Part shown: positions 17,351 to 26,842 of the stretch, one piece after another
Layout of the letters: each line of letters starts with the position of its first letter
Numbering within the stretch: the first letter of the stretch is position 1
Assembly (NCBI GenBank): GCA_948875265.1
Contig: CAQRYF010000003.1
Coordinates: 1-61,015, forward strand
Origin: an uncultured Clostridia bacterium
GTDB lineage: Bacteria; Bacillota; Clostridia; TANB77; CAG-508
DNA length: 61,015 bases
Direction of reading: 5' to 3'
The notes under the pieces: generated by a model
Database searches by the model: none
What the model was told of the DNA's origin: nothing
Seen by the model: the letters and a program-made list of their open reading frames with translations, nothing else
Translations under genes and position numbers: made by a program

Positions 17351-18766
17351 TTATAAATTAAATAACCAATATGGTATATAATATAAGTCATCTTCTTTTT
17401 TATAGATGTTTTTTGTAACTATAATTCCATATTTTGTTTTTCCTACTTTATTATCTTTATTTTTACTAATAAATTTTTTAATAGCTTTTGTATCAGAAGT
17501 TTCTATCTGATTGGTATATTTTATTTCAATAGGTATAATATCAATCTTTCTATCTAGAATGATATCAATTTCTTCTTTATCTGAATTTCTATAATAGTAT
17601 TGATTATAATTTTCTTTTTCACATAGTAATCGTATGTCAAAATCAGTCATTGATTCTACAATATGACCTGCATTATTTGAATCAATATGTTTTCTCTTTA
17701 AAAGACTATTTTGGATACCATTATCTAAAATACCTAATTTCTTATTAGACCTTATTATTTTCCCTATATTCGTCGAATAATTTTCTAATACATTAATTAG
17801 AAAAGCTTGTTTTAGATATCCGATATAACTAATTAAAGTTACTGTATCTATACCAAAGTTCCCAGTCATACCACTATATGAAAATGTTTGAGAACCATTA
17901 TCAGCTATATAATACATTAATTTTTCAAGTATCTCTGGACTTTTTATATTATACATGGTTAAAATATCTTTGTATATTCCTCTTGTTATGATATCATCTG
18001 CAAGCCTTCTTTGCCAAATAGTAATATCTCGCTCTTCAAAATATTCTGGATATCCCCCAACTAAAATATATTCATTTAAAACTTTTTGAATATCTAGTTT
18101 TAAATTTTCATTATAATAAATATCCTCTAAAGCTTTAAAGCTTTGATTAGGATTGTCCAAGTCAAACTTTGGCAAAATAATATCGTCTTTTTTTGATACA
18201 TATGTCCTATGAAAATTAATAAATTGATTAAATGTTAATGGTAATACATATATATTTTCGATTCTTCCAAGTAAAGATTCATTGGCATCTTTAAACAAAT
18301 GGATTGATGAAGACCCAGTTACAATAAATTTTATATTATATTTTCTGTCAAAATATACTTTTAAATAATTTTGCCAATTTTTTATAAAATGAATTTCATC
18401 AATAAAAATATATACTTTTGAGCTTATATTAGAAATATTTTCTTCTAATATTTCATTAAAATATACTTCTAGTACATCTGATAGCTTATCATTTTCATCA
18501 AAAAACAGACTTGGATCATCACCACTAAATAATAATATTCTTTTTCTATCAATTTTTTTCTCTTCTAACAAATAGTTTATTGTTTGATAAATTAATGTTG
18601 ACTTTCCAACCCTTCTTGGTCCAATGATACTTAATATTCTTTTTTCATCTAGCCTATTTATAATGCTTTCAAATTCATTTCTTTTTCTTCCTAATAAAAA
18701 CTTAGAATTTATTTTTTCATTTTTCCACCATAAATTATTTGTAACTAAACTTTGTTTTATATCCAT
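17351..18766 (-). CDS. AAA-family ATPase with a DUF4143-like C-terminal domain
   Basis: 471 aa with Walker A GPRRVGKST and Walker B IFIDEIH, in an AAA_14/DUF4143-type arrangement. Confidence 0.7.
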   Translation of the reverse strand: MDIKQSLVTNNLWWKNEKINSKFLLGRKRNEFESIINRLDEKRILSIIGPRRVGKSTLIYQTINYLLEEKKIDRKRILLFSGDDPSLFFDENDKLSDVLEVYFNEILEENISNISSKVYIFIDEIHFIKNWQNYLKVYFDRKYNIKFIVTGSSSIHLFKDANESLLGRIENIYVLPLTFNQFINFHRTYVSKKDDIILPKFDLDNPNQSFKALEDIYYNENLKLDIQKVLNEYILVGGYPEYFEERDITIWQRRLADDIITRGIYKDILTMYNIKSPEILEKLMYYIADNGSQTFSYSGMTGNFGIDTVTLISYIGYLKQAFLINVLENYSTNIGKIIRSNKKLGILDNGIQNSLLKRKHIDSNNAGHIVESMTDFDIRLLCEKENYNQYYYRNSDKEEIDIILDRKIDIIPIEIKYTNQIETSDTKAIKKFISKNKDNKVGKTKYGIIVTKNIYKKEDDLYYIPYWLFNL

Positions 18767-18825
18767 TATTCCACCTTCTAACTAATATATTATATTCATA
18801 TATCAATTAGATTATAACATATTTA

Positions 18826-18871
18826 TTGAATGAATTCAACAAATATTGGTTTTTTTGTTGAATTCATTCAA
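18826..18871 (-). terminator. Perfect 18-bp-stem hairpin downstream of the ABC substrate-binding gene
   Basis: TTGAATGAATTCAACAAA-N10-TTTGTTGAATTCATTCAA. Confidence 0.6.
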
Positions 18872-18894
18872 TATAATTATAGTTTTATTAATTT

Positions 18895-19911
18895 TTATTT
18901 TATTGCATTTTCAGCATATTTATTATTAATAATCTTATTATATGGAGCTTTTTCTTTTAATTCTCCTGCCATTGTCATTACTTCTTGTAATCTATTAAAT
19001 GCTTCTTCTTTTAATATTGGTGTATCATTCCATGCATCAATATCTTTATAACTTTGTATTGCTTTTGCTAACAAATCTACATTTGTATCTGGGAAGAAAT
19101 CTTTAATTACTTCCGCTATTTCTTCACTTTTATGTTCTTTTACCCATTTTTGACCTTCATATATTGCATTTGTAAATCCTTGTATTATATTTTCATTTCC
19201 TTGTATATAACTTTTCTTTGCAAAATATGCAGTATATGGAATTTCTCCTGCTGCTTCTCCTACTGATGCTACAACATATCCTTTTCCTTGTTCTTGTGTT
19301 AAAGAAGCTGTTGGTTCAAATAATGTAACATACTCAGCATCTCCAGATGTAAAAGCTCCTGCCATTAAATCGAATTTTATGCTGTCATCTAATATCAAAT
19401 CAGTTTGTGGGTTTAAACCTTTTTGTTTAAGTACGTATTCTAGTGTCATATATGGCACTCCACCTTTTCTTCCTGGTATTACTGTTTTTCCTTTTAAATC
19501 TTCCCATTTAAAATTATCTGTATTTGTTTTTGATACTAAAAATGATCCATCTCTTTTTGTTAGTTGTGCGAATACTTCTGCATAGTCTTCTTTCCCTTCA
19601 TTATATACATATATTGAAGCTTCTGGTCCTGCAAATCCTATATCGCATTGATTACTAAGTACTGCTGTCATTACAGCGTCTGCTCCTTGCCCTGTTGTAA
19701 GTTCTATTTCAATTCCATTTTCTTTGAAGTATCCATTATTTATTGCAACATATTGTGGTGCATAAAAAACAGAACGAGTTACTTCATTTACTTTTATTGT
19801 TTTGACTTCTTCCTTATTTGCTTTTGTCTGATTTTTTGCAACTATTAATATCATTGTTAATGCTACTATTAGTAATACAATGGCAATTGAAATAATTGTT
19901 TTTTTCTTCAT
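18895..19911 (-). CDS. ABC transporter substrate-binding protein (NMT1/THI5-like, NitT/TauT family)
   Basis: 338 aa with an N-terminal anchor and a periplasmic-binding-protein-like sequence. It is adjacent to the matching permease and ATPase genes. Confidence 0.7.
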   Translation of the reverse strand: MKKKTIISIAIVLLIVALTMILIVAKNQTKANKEEVKTIKVNEVTRSVFYAPQYVAINNGYFKENGIEIELTTGQGADAVMTAVLSNQCDIGFAGPEASIYVYNEGKEDYAEVFAQLTKRDGSFLVSKTNTDNFKWEDLKGKTVIPGRKGGVPYMTLEYVLKQKGLNPQTDLILDDSIKFDLMAGAFTSGDAEYVTLFEPTASLTQEQGKGYVVASVGEAAGEIPYTAYFAKKSYIQGNENIIQGFTNAIYEGQKWVKEHKSEEIAEVIKDFFPDTNVDLLAKAIQSYKDIDAWNDTPILKEEAFNRLQEVMTMAGELKEKAPYNKIINNKYAENAIK

Positions 19912-20073
19912 AAAATCCCTCCTTCTTTATTTTGTATATTTTATGTTTATTATATAAATATGTGAATTTTATAAAATAAAAATAATGTCCACTATAACTA
20001 CTGTAGACATTATCTTATTTTATAAAAATTGACCTATTATTATATATAATAGTAAATAGTTTTTACATTTTTC

Positions 20074-20875
20074 TTATTTAGTTTTTAATATAAACTTTTC
20101 AAGTAATAATACTACTGCATACATTATTCCTGCTAATATTCCTAATATAATTATACTTGTCATTACTAAATCTAATTTAAACACTTGACCTCCATATACT
20201 ATTAAATATCCTAGCCCTGCTTTTGACACTAGAAATTCTCCAGATATTACACCTACTAATGAAAGTCCTATATTTACTTTTAATGAATTTATAAATGTTG
20301 AAATATTTGCTGGTATTATAATCTTAGTTAATATTTGAAACTTACTTGCTTTAAATGTTTTTCCCATTTTTATTATTTCTTTATCTGTTTTTATAAATCC
20401 ATTTAGATTTTCTAAAATTGTAACTATTAAAGATATAAAAATCGCCATTGTTATAATTGCTGGTGTACCTGCTCCTACCCATATTATTATAATTGGTCCG
20501 TAATGCTACTTTTGGCAAACTATTTAACACAACTAAATATGGTTCAGCCACTTTTGATAAAAAATTAGACCACCACAAAATTATCGCAATAATTATTCCA
20601 AGTATTGTACCAAGCCCAAATCCTATTATAGTCTCATATGTTGTAACCCATATATGTTTCAATAAATCATTTGATCCTAGATTTATAAATGTATTAAATA
20701 TTCTACTTGGTTGACTAGTTATAAAACTATCTATTATATTTTTATTAGCAAGAATTTCCCATATTAGTAAAAATCCTATAAGTATTGATATTTGTGCTAT
20801 TAATACTAGCCATTTTTCTCTTTTAATTTTTTTCAAATATTTTCTTCTTTCATCTGAAATCATAATTTTATTCAT
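20074..20875 (-). pseudogene. ABC transporter permease (NitT/TauT family), interrupted. The two halves join by a +1 shift at CGG 20498-20500.
   Basis: ORFs 20381-20875 and 20074-20448 are the N- and C-terminal halves. Skipping C20500 gives ...LPKVALGPIIIIWVGAGTPAIITMAIFISL.... Confidence 0.8.
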
Positions 20876-21635
20876 CTACTCCCAGCTCCTTCCATAATGT
20901 ATTAAAATATTGACTAAACTTAGGACTTTCTCTACAGTTTATAGGATTTCTATTTTTAATATCAAAATCAATTTTGTGTATATCTTTTATTGTTCCTGGT
21001 CTTTTTGTTAATACTAATACTCTATCTGACATACTAATCGCTTCAGATATATCATGAGTTACTATAACAGCAGTTATATTTTCTTTTTTTAATATTGAAT
21101 ATATATCATTTGTTACCATTATTCTAGTTTGGTAATCTAATGCAGAAAAAGCTTCATCTAATAATAATATCTTTGGCTTTACTGCAAGTGTTCTAATTAA
21201 TGCTACCCTTTGTCTCATTCCTCCTGAAAGCTCTGATGGATATTTATCTTTAAATTCATATAAATTATATTTTTTAAGTAAGTCTTCTACATATTTTTTA
21301 TTTTCTTTATCATTCTTCCCTTTTACTTCTAATCCAAACATAGTATTATCCCAAATAGTTCTCCATTCTAACAAACAGTCTCTTTGTAACATATATCCAA
21401 CCTTAGGAGAAATACCTTCTACATTTTCATTTTCTATGTATATTTCTCCTTCTGTTTTTTCTTCTAATCCTGCAATTATTGAAAGAAGTGTAGATTTACC
21501 ACATCCACTTGGCCCTATAATACTAACAAATTCTCCTTTTCTCACTTTAAAATTTACATTTTTAATAGCAACTGTTTCGCCATTTTTATTTTGATATTTT
21601 TTACTAATATTTTTTACTTCTAGTATTTTTTCCAT
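20868..21635 (-). CDS. ABC transporter ATP-binding protein
   Basis: Walker A GPSGCGKST, signature LSGGMRQR, Walker B LLLDEAFSALD. Start at 21635 after GAGGAGG. Confidence 0.9.
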   Translation of the reverse strand: MEKILEVKNISKKYQNKNGETVAIKNVNFKVRKGEFVSIIGPSGCGKSTLLSIIAGLEEKTEGEIYIENENVEGISPKVGYMLQRDCLLEWRTIWDNTMFGLEVKGKNDKENKKYVEDLLKKYNLYEFKDKYPSELSGGMRQRVALIRTLAVKPKILLLDEAFSALDYQTRIMVTNDIYSILKKENITAVIVTHDISEAISMSDRVLVLTKRPGTIKDIHKIDFDIKNRNPINCRESPKFSQYFNTLWKELGVDE

Positions 21636-21779
21636 ATTGTTCCTCCTCGTATAATTAATATTAATATATTTTATGTAAAACAATAATGTTTGGTTCTTAT
21701 CTATTAATTTATTAAAGTACAATAAAAGGAACAAATTTAAGAACTAAAATCTTCTTAATTTGCTCCTTTTATTATTATT

Positions 21780-22781
21780 TTATCCTACTTTCATCTCACT
21801 TTTTATTTTTTCTAATTCTTCTTTTTTTACGTTTGTTGCCTTAAGTATTGTTTGATCATCAAAATTCATAGATAACATATTTTTTATTATACTCATTATT
21901 CCTTCCATTCTTCCTTGTTTTAATGTATTTTTAGTTTCTGCTAATAATCTATCATATAAAGTACTCATAGAATTTTCACCCACCTTTCTATATATTTTGT
22001 TTAATAAATCTTCTTGTTCTGTTTCTTCTAATATATCATTTAATATGTAATTTATTATATCTGATAATTCTTCTAGTTCATATTTATTTTCTGTCTGTCT
22101 TATGATTAAATTTATATTGTTTCTTAAATCCTCTTTATTTTTAGACTTTTCTATTAGCATTCCATATCCAAACATACTCTTACTTTTTAATAACATATTC
22201 GTTGATAGCTTATTAACATCAATTAGGTTATATTCTAAATTAATTTTATATCTTTCAAACACTCTTGTACTTATTTGCCTATCTTTAAAATTAGTTTGTA
22301 CCCTCCATTTTGTATCCCCAGTATATATTACTATTGGTACTACTATTGGATATTTAATCATTTTTTTATTTCTATTACTTTTACACCATTCTTGTATAAT
22401 ATCTATGCAGTAGTTTAATATTCTATATGGCATACTGCTATCTATACTCGATTGATGTTCAATTAAAAAATATATTTCTTTATCCTTTAGCTTATATACA
22501 ATATCTGCTTCTTTTGATTTATATTTTTTACTTATATAACTATTAGTATATCTTATTAAATTTTCTTCCTTTATTAATTCTTTTGGTTCTAAAAATTGGT
22601 TTATAAGATTACTTATTTCTTTTTTATTTCTTAAAATACTTTTCATAAGTTTATCATGTTTATTATGAGTAGTTTTTTTCTTTATATTATAACTTGAATT
22701 TTCTTCTGCTAGTTGTAGAACTGCATTTAGCCTTAGAGTATGTATACATTTTATATATTCATTGTAAGAGAATATTTTCAA
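21780..22781 (-). CDS. Rpn-family recombination-promoting nuclease / putative transposase (PD-(D/E)XK, Transposase_31 type)
   Basis: 333 aa with EADIVYKLKDKEIYFLIEHQSSIDSSMPYRILNY, characteristic of this family. TTG start after AAGGAGG. Confidence 0.7.
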   Translation of the reverse strand: MKIFSYNEYIKCIHTLRLNAVLQLAEENSSYNIKKKTTHNKHDKLMKSILRNKKEISNLINQFLEPKELIKEENLIRYTNSYISKKYKSKEADIVYKLKDKEIYFLIEHQSSIDSSMPYRILNYCIDIIQEWCKSNRNKKMIKYPIVVPIVIYTGDTKWRVQTNFKDRQISTRVFERYKINLEYNLIDVNKLSTNMLLKSKSMFGYGMLIEKSKNKEDLRNNINLIIRQTENKYELEELSDIINYILNDILEETEQEDLLNKIYRKVGENSMSTLYDRLLAETKNTLKQGRMEGIMSIIKNMLSMNFDDQTILKATNVKKEELEKIKSEMKVG

Positions 22782-22798
22782 TAATCTTCCTCCTTCTT

Positions 22799-22828
22799 AT
22801 TATAACCTCTTTTTTATTTGTATGTCAA
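22799..22828 (-). promoter_or_regulatory. Sigma-A-type promoter for the Rpn paralog 21780-22781
   Basis: Minus strand reads TTGACA-18 nt-TATAAT, followed by AAGGAGG. Confidence 0.5.
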
Positions 22829-23065
22829 TATTTATTTTATAGTAAATATAGCAATATTATTTTATTAATCCCTTCTTTCTCTATTCATTTTTCTTTTTTG
22901 AAATCTTTTGAATTTAATCTTGATTAAAACTTATTCCTATTAAATCTTTTTTGATTATTATTTGGTCTTACTTAAATTGATTTTAAAATATACAATTAAT
23001 TCTTTTTATATTAAATCATAAAATGGAAAAAATTGCAAGTAGTTTTACAACTTTTTCCATCTTTC

Positions 23066-23569
23066 TTATTCAAAATATGAACTAATCTCCTCTAATTCTT
23101 CAAAGTTCTTTTGTCTTAATACATCATATACAACAATAGATACAGAATTTGATAAATTTAATGATCTTAGAGTTGGTCTCATTGGTATTCTTATTGTTTT
23201 ATCTATATATTTTAATAATATATCTTCTGGTAATCCTTTTGTTTCTTTACCAAATAGTAAAAACACTTCATCCATTTTGCTATAATTTGGTTCAGAATAT
23301 ACATGCTTTCCTTTTGTTGTTACAAAAAACATGTTATTATCTTCCGGTTTATATTTTTCTAAGAATTTTTCAAATGATTCATGTTCTTCAATTTCTAATT
23401 TGTCCCAATAATCTAGTCCTGCTCTTTTTACTGCCTTTTCAGATATATCAAATCCTAATGGATACACTAAATGTAACTTTGCTCCTGTTGCTGCACATGT
23501 TCTTGCTATATTTCCTGTATTTTGTGGTATTTCTGGCTCTACCATTACAATATTTACCTTCAATTTCAT
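23066..23569 (-). CDS. trmL: tRNA (cytidine/uridine-2'-O-)-methyltransferase TrmL (SpoU family)
   Basis: 167 aa with EPEIPQNTGNIARTCAATG and the C-terminal LNLSNSVSIVVYDVLRQ. Confidence 0.85.
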   Translation of the reverse strand: MKLKVNIVMVEPEIPQNTGNIARTCAATGAKLHLVYPLGFDISEKAVKRAGLDYWDKLEIEEHESFEKFLEKYKPEDNNMFFVTTKGKHVYSEPNYSKMDEVFLLFGKETKGLPEDILLKYIDKTIRIPMRPTLRSLNLSNSVSIVVYDVLRQKNFEELEEISSYFE

Positions 23570-23734
23570 TCCTTCTTTCTTTTTGAATTTTATTATAACA
23601 TATTAATTATGAAAAACAAATAGCTATATCTTTTCATTTACATTTATTTTATTATTGCTTTTATTAAACTTGTGTGCTAATATAGCATTATGATTTTAAT
23701 TATGTATTTTATAAAATTTTAGGAGGTAATTATT

Positions 23735-24850
23735 ATGGATTCAAAAATTACAAAATTATCAGAAACTTTAGTTCATCATTCTATTCAACTTCAACCTGGT
23801 GAAAAAGTATATATCGAATATAAAGGTTCTGGTGCTGATACTTTAGTTCAACAACTTATTCGTACAATTTATCAAGCTGGAGGTGTTCCATTTTTACATT
23901 GTATGAATTCAAAGTTTCTTAGAGAGATTTTATTACACTGCAACGAAGAGCAAATTAAGATTATGGGTGAATTAGCTTTACTAGAAATGAAACAAATGGA
24001 CTGCTTTATTAGTATTCGTTGTGATGATAATTTAACTGAATTGTCTGATGTCCCTTCTGAAAAAATGGCTATTTATGAAAAATTGTATAATTTTCCAGTT
24101 CACTCTGAAGAAAGAGTAAATAATACTAAATGGGTCGTTTTACGATATCCTACACCTAATTTTGCACAAGCAGCAAACATGAGCACTGCAAGCTTTGAAG
24201 ATTTTTATTTTGATGTATGTACAATGGATTATAAACAATTAAATAAAGCAATGGAGCCTTTAGTAAATCTTATGAAAAATACTAACTCTGTTAAAATTAT
24301 TGGGCCAGAAACTAATCTTTCCTTCTCAATAAAAGATATAAATGTAATTCCTTGTTCTGGTGAATGCAATATTCCAGATGGTGAAGTATATACTGCTCCA
24401 GTAAAAAACTCTATTAATGGTACTATTACTTATAATGCTCCTAGTATTATGAATGGATTTACATTTGAGAATATTAAATTTGATTTTAAAGATGGGAAAA
24501 TTGTTAATGCAACATCTAATAACACTAAATTACTTAATGACATTCTTGATACAGATGAAGGAGCTAGATATATAGGAGAGTTTTCACTTGGGGTAAATCC
24601 TTTTGTAACTTTTCCAATGAAAGATATTTTATTTGATGAAAAGATTTCTGGTTCTTTTCATTTAACCCCTGGCAATTGTTATGACGAAGCTCCTAATGGA
24701 AATAAATCTTCTATTCATTGGGATTTAGTATGTATTCAAACACCTGAATTTGGTGGTGGTGAGATTTATTTTGATGATATACTAATAAGAAAAGACGGTA
24801 TCTTTGTTCATCCAGACTTATTAGGTTTAAATCCTGAAAATTTCAAATAA
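23735..24850 (+). CDS. Aminopeptidase, peptidase family M29 (AmpS/PepS-like)
   Basis: 371 aa of typical M29 length, with sequence NIPDGEVYTAP...HWDLV.... Confidence 0.75.
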   Translation: MDSKITKLSETLVHHSIQLQPGEKVYIEYKGSGADTLVQQLIRTIYQAGGVPFLHCMNSKFLREILLHCNEEQIKIMGELALLEMKQMDCFISIRCDDNLTELSDVPSEKMAIYEKLYNFPVHSEERVNNTKWVVLRYPTPNFAQAANMSTASFEDFYFDVCTMDYKQLNKAMEPLVNLMKNTNSVKIIGPETNLSFSIKDINVIPCSGECNIPDGEVYTAPVKNSINGTITYNAPSIMNGFTFENIKFDFKDGKIVNATSNNTKLLNDILDTDEGARYIGEFSLGVNPFVTFPMKDILFDEKISGSFHLTPGNCYDEAPNGNKSSIHWDLVCIQTPEFGGGEIYFDDILIRKDGIFVHPDLLGLNPENFK

Positions 24851-24962
24851 TAAATTGAGGCATAAATGAATAAAGATAAAGAGATAGTAAACTTATTTAA
24901 GTTTATTATCTCTCTTTTTATTGAACTCTACTTTTGAAGTATAGTTCATAAAGCCTGTTTCT

Positions 24963-25754
24963 TTATTTCTTTAATTTCTGCCTTACATATTCATACAAAA
25001 TAATTCCTGTAGCTACTGAGGCATTCAAACTTTCTGTTTTTCCAATCATAGGTATTTTTATTTTCTCATCTGCCATTTTTTGAATATGTTGTTCAACTCC
25101 ATTAGCTTCATTTCCTATTATTATCACTTTCTTTTTATAATCAATATCATAAATAGTATTATTTGTCTGTAATGAAGATACTACTACTTTAAATTTATGT
25201 TTTTTAACTTCTTTTAATGTTTTTTCTAAATCCTCACATTCTACTATCTTAACTCTAAAAATTGCTCCCATTGTAGAACGTACAACTTTAGGATTATATG
25301 CATCTGCTGTTCCCTTAGATACTAATATTTGATTTAATCCAATACTATCTACAGTTCTTAATATTGTTCCTAAATTCCCTGGGTCTTGAACATCATCTAA
25401 TGCTACAATAATATCTTGTGAATAATCAATTTCTTTTTCATTATTATTCTTTTCTATAATAGCCAAAATCCCTTGTGGAGTTGATACTTCTGAAATATAT
25501 TTAAACACTTTTTCAGTTACATATATGCATTCTTCTTTTGCTATTTCATACATTAATTCCTTTGATATATTTTCTGCTTTTTCACACTCTTCACATATAA
25601 TTATTTGTTTTATGTTCGCATTTTCTTGTATAGCCTCTCCTACTAGTTTTATTCCTTCAATTATATATTCATTGCTTAAATCTCTATATTTCTTGTCTTT
25701 TAACTTTTTTATATGTTTGATAAATTCATTATCTTTACTTGAAATCTTTTGCAT
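24963..25754 (-). CDS. TrmH-family RNA 2'-O-methyltransferase (RlmB-like)
   Basis: 263 aa with DDVQDPGNLGTILRT, IIGNEANGV and SLNASVATGIILYE. Confidence 0.85.
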   Translation of the reverse strand: MQKISSKDNEFIKHIKKLKDKKYRDLSNEYIIEGIKLVGEAIQENANIKQIIICEECEKAENISKELMYEIAKEECIYVTEKVFKYISEVSTPQGILAIIEKNNNEKEIDYSQDIIVALDDVQDPGNLGTILRTVDSIGLNQILVSKGTADAYNPKVVRSTMGAIFRVKIVECEDLEKTLKEVKKHKFKVVVSSLQTNNTIYDIDYKKKVIIIGNEANGVEQHIQKMADEKIKIPMIGKTESLNASVATGIILYEYVRQKLKK

Positions 25755-25881
25755 AAATATTCTCCTTATCTACTTTATTTAAGTCTTTATTTTCTATACT
25801 TGTATTATTACTAGATTTTAATATTTTTATTTATTCTTTTTTACTTTTATCTTTAATTTCCAATATATTGTTTTTATTTAT

Positions 25882-26658
25882 TTACTTTTCTAAATTTTTC
25901 AATTCCTTTATTCCTTTGTTATTTTTTAAAACTCTCATTTGCCTTCTTGCTGATTCATTTAATTTTATTAATCTTTCATTTTGTGTTATTCCTGCATTTA
26001 TTAATTCTGCATTTGTATTTTCTAAATTACTTAAAATAACTAGATGAAGTAAATCGGTATAATCTCTCATATTCCCTTTTTCCGCTAATTCTGGATTTTG
26101 TGTTCTCCATTGTTTAGCTGTCATTCCAAATAGTGCAACATTTAATACATCTGCTTCTTCGGCATAAGCATATCTCTTTTGTTCTTCTGTTAAAACTGGA
26201 ACTATGTTTATTCTTATAGCATCAGTATGTACTAGATAATTTACCTTTGATAATACTCTATTAGCTTGCCATTCAATTTTATATTGATATGATTCATTCT
26301 TTTTTAGCCTTTCAAATTCTTGAATTAAATATAACTTAAATTCTGGAGATAACCAACTCGCAAATTCAAAAGCTATATCACTATGTGCAAATGTTCCTCC
26401 ATTGTTTCCAGACTTTGATATAATACCAATAGCATTTGTTTCTTTTATCCATTTTTGTGGAGACATATAAAAGCTATGTTTCCCAGCTTCATTCTCAAAG
26501 GTCTCGAATTCGTGACCTTTGAAATTTTCATTGTTAAGTTTTTCCCATAATCCTAAATATGATATAACATCTTTATTTCTCATCCATGATTGTACTGGTA
26601 TTTTGGGTTCTTCTGGATTTGCATATCTTGCTAAATCGGTTAATGATATATTTATCAT
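25882..26658 (-). CDS. KilA-N domain-containing protein
   Basis: 258 aa. The N-terminal half (...GTFAHSDIAFEFASWLSPEFKLYLIQEF) matches the KilA-N DNA-binding domain pattern. Confidence 0.6.
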   Translation of the reverse strand: MINISLTDLARYANPEEPKIPVQSWMRNKDVISYLGLWEKLNNENFKGHEFETFENEAGKHSFYMSPQKWIKETNAIGIISKSGNNGGTFAHSDIAFEFASWLSPEFKLYLIQEFERLKKNESYQYKIEWQANRVLSKVNYLVHTDAIRINIVPVLTEEQKRYAYAEEADVLNVALFGMTAKQWRTQNPELAEKGNMRDYTDLLHLVILSNLENTNAELINAGITQNERLIKLNESARRQMRVLKNNKGIKELKNLEK

Positions 26659-26842
26659 ATAGCATCACCTCCTTGTCTTTTGAACTTAGAGATGATAGCC
26701 ACTATTCCTTGTTAACTCTCTTACTTCGTATAAGAATTATATAATTATGATTAAATTAAGTCAATAGTTTATTTTTATTTTTTAGTAAATTTTTTTTAAT
26801 ATATGTTTTTTCTATTTTCAGAAGTTGCCCAAAAAATTGTCT

